In this document: positions 63,008-64,000 of the stretch, piece after piece
Numbering within the stretch: the first letter of the stretch is position 1
Layout of the letters: each line of letters starts with the position of its first letter
NCBI GenBank assembly: GCA_963781065.1
Contig: CAWAET010000014.1
Location: 41,321 to 105,320 of the forward strand
Direction of reading: 5' to 3'
Length of the DNA stretch: 64,000 nt
Origin: Thermoanaerobaculia bacterium
GTDB taxonomy: Bacteria > Acidobacteriota > Thermoanaerobaculia > Multivoradales > JAHEKO01
Translations under genes and position numbers: made by a program
The notes under the pieces: model-generated
Seen by the model: only the letters and a program-made list of their open reading frames with translations
Database searches by the model: none
What the model was told of the DNA's origin: nothing

Positions 63008-63775
63008 TCAACGGTGCTGCCACTGCGGGGCGCGCTTGGCGAGAAACGCCGCGACGCCCTCGCGCGCGTCCTCGGTCTGCAGCAGCTCTTCGAGATAGAT
63101 GCGCTCGGTCTCGGCCAGGGCCTCGGCGAAGCTCCTGCCCCCGGCCGCCTGGACGGCGCGCTTGATCCGGCGGGTGACGGCGGCGCTCTTCGAGGTGAGG
63201 CGCTTGGTGATATTGCCGATCTTGCTCTCCAGCTCGGCGGCCGGCACCCGCCAGGTGACCAGGCCGAGCCGCTCGGCCTCGGTGCAGTCGAGCAGCCGGC
63301 CGCTGAGCAGCAGCTCGAGGGTTCGCCCGCTGCCCAGCCGCGCCGGGAAGAGGGCGGCGGCGACCGGCGGGAAACATCCCAGGTCGACCTCGGGCTGGCC
63401 GAAGCGGCTGTCGTCCGCCGCCAGCATCATGTCGCAGCACGCCGCCAGCTCGAGGCCGCCGCCGAGGCAGTGGCCGCGGACCGCGGCGATGGTGACCGCC
63501 GGCAGCCGGCGCAGCGTGGTGACCGCGCGGTGGAAGGCGGTGAGCATGGCGCGGGCGCGCTCGGGCGTGTGGTCCTGGACCGCCGAGCCGGCGGAGAAGG
63601 CTTCCTCGCCGGCCGCTCGCAGCCAGAGCAGTTGCAGGTCCGGGTCTCCGGCCAGCTCGTCGAGGCGCCGGCCGAGCTCCTCGAGGGTCTCCAGATCGAG
63701 GATGTTGAGCGGCGGTTGGTTGAGGGTCAGCTCGCCGACCCGGTCCTGCCGTGTATAGAGCACTCGGTAGTTCAA
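63008..63775 (-). CDS. Enoyl-CoA hydratase family (Dch-like)
   Basis: TTG start after GAGGAGAGG; PPLNILD, FSAG...DH, CLGGGLEL, GQPE.DLGCFPPVA, YL.EL..TEDA.EG. Confidence 0.85.
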   Translation of the reverse strand: MNYRVLYTRQDRVGELTLNQPPLNILDLETLEELGRRLDELAGDPDLQLLWLRAAGEEAFSAGSAVQDHTPERARAMLTAFHRAVTTLRRLPAVTIAAVRGHCLGGGLELAACCDMMLAADDSRFGQPEVDLGCFPPVAAALFPARLGSGRTLELLLSGRLLDCTEAERLGLVTWRVPAAELESKIGNITKRLTSKSAAVTRRIKRAVQAAGGRSFAEALAETERIYLEELLQTEDAREGVAAFLAKRAPQWQHR

Positions 63776-63922
63776 TGCCTCTCCTCGCAGTGGTCTCCGG
63801 CCGCAGCCCTCGCCGCGGCGTCGGGGAAGTCGCGCCACCGCCGTTTCCGGACATGGGACTCCGCCTTGGCCTGGCTCTCGACGCGGACCACCAGGTGGTC
63901 CGCCGCCGGATCGGCAGCCACC

Positions 63923-64000
63923 TCAGCGGCCGCTGAACTGCGGCTTGCGCTTCTCGACGTAGGCGTCGAGACCCTCGCGCGCGTCGGGGCTCTCGAACAG
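63923..64000 (-). CDS. C-terminal fragment of an enoyl-CoA hydratase family protein (runs off window)
   Basis: LFESPDAREGLDAYVEKRKPQFSGR-stop. Confidence 0.75.
   Translation of the reverse strand: MFESPDAREGLDAYVEKRKPQFSGR

Overview
Very GC-rich (visually >70%) bacterial chromosomal window, tentatively Acidobacteriota/Thermoanaerobaculia-like (inferred from gene content only). Most of it is housekeeping: xth, selB, smpB, uvrA, mtaB-like, pcm, rmuC, tRNA-Ala(CGC), gcvT-gcvH, queA, a peptide ABC transporter, rplU-rpmA-obgE-nadD-rsfS, a kynureninase-like gene and three crotonases. The main accessory block (about 23.0-36.0 kb) encodes two secreted tailspike-like beta-helix proteins that share a near-identical N-terminal module, an arylsulfotransferase-like protein, three tandem phage tail-collar (Mdp-like) proteins, a SAM methyltransferase, a histone-H1-tailed protein, a GNAT and a DUF6916-like protein. 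It contains no capsid, sheath or integrase genes and is the best candidate for an uncharacterised surface-fibre system. Other notable items: a GTAG-REP family with an internally deleted RAYT; a sigma54 activator coupled to a partner-switching module and a sigma54-promoter-driven 51-aa peptide; two MITE-like palindromes sharing a core motif; 91-bp tandem repeats carrying an inverted copy of the tRNA 3' end; a DnaA-box cluster (oriC candidate) upstream of gcvT; and obgE lacking a canonical start. Several single-base frameshifts (uvrA, giant adhesin, ASST, MBL) look like sequencing indels. All calls come from reading the sequence; no searches were run.
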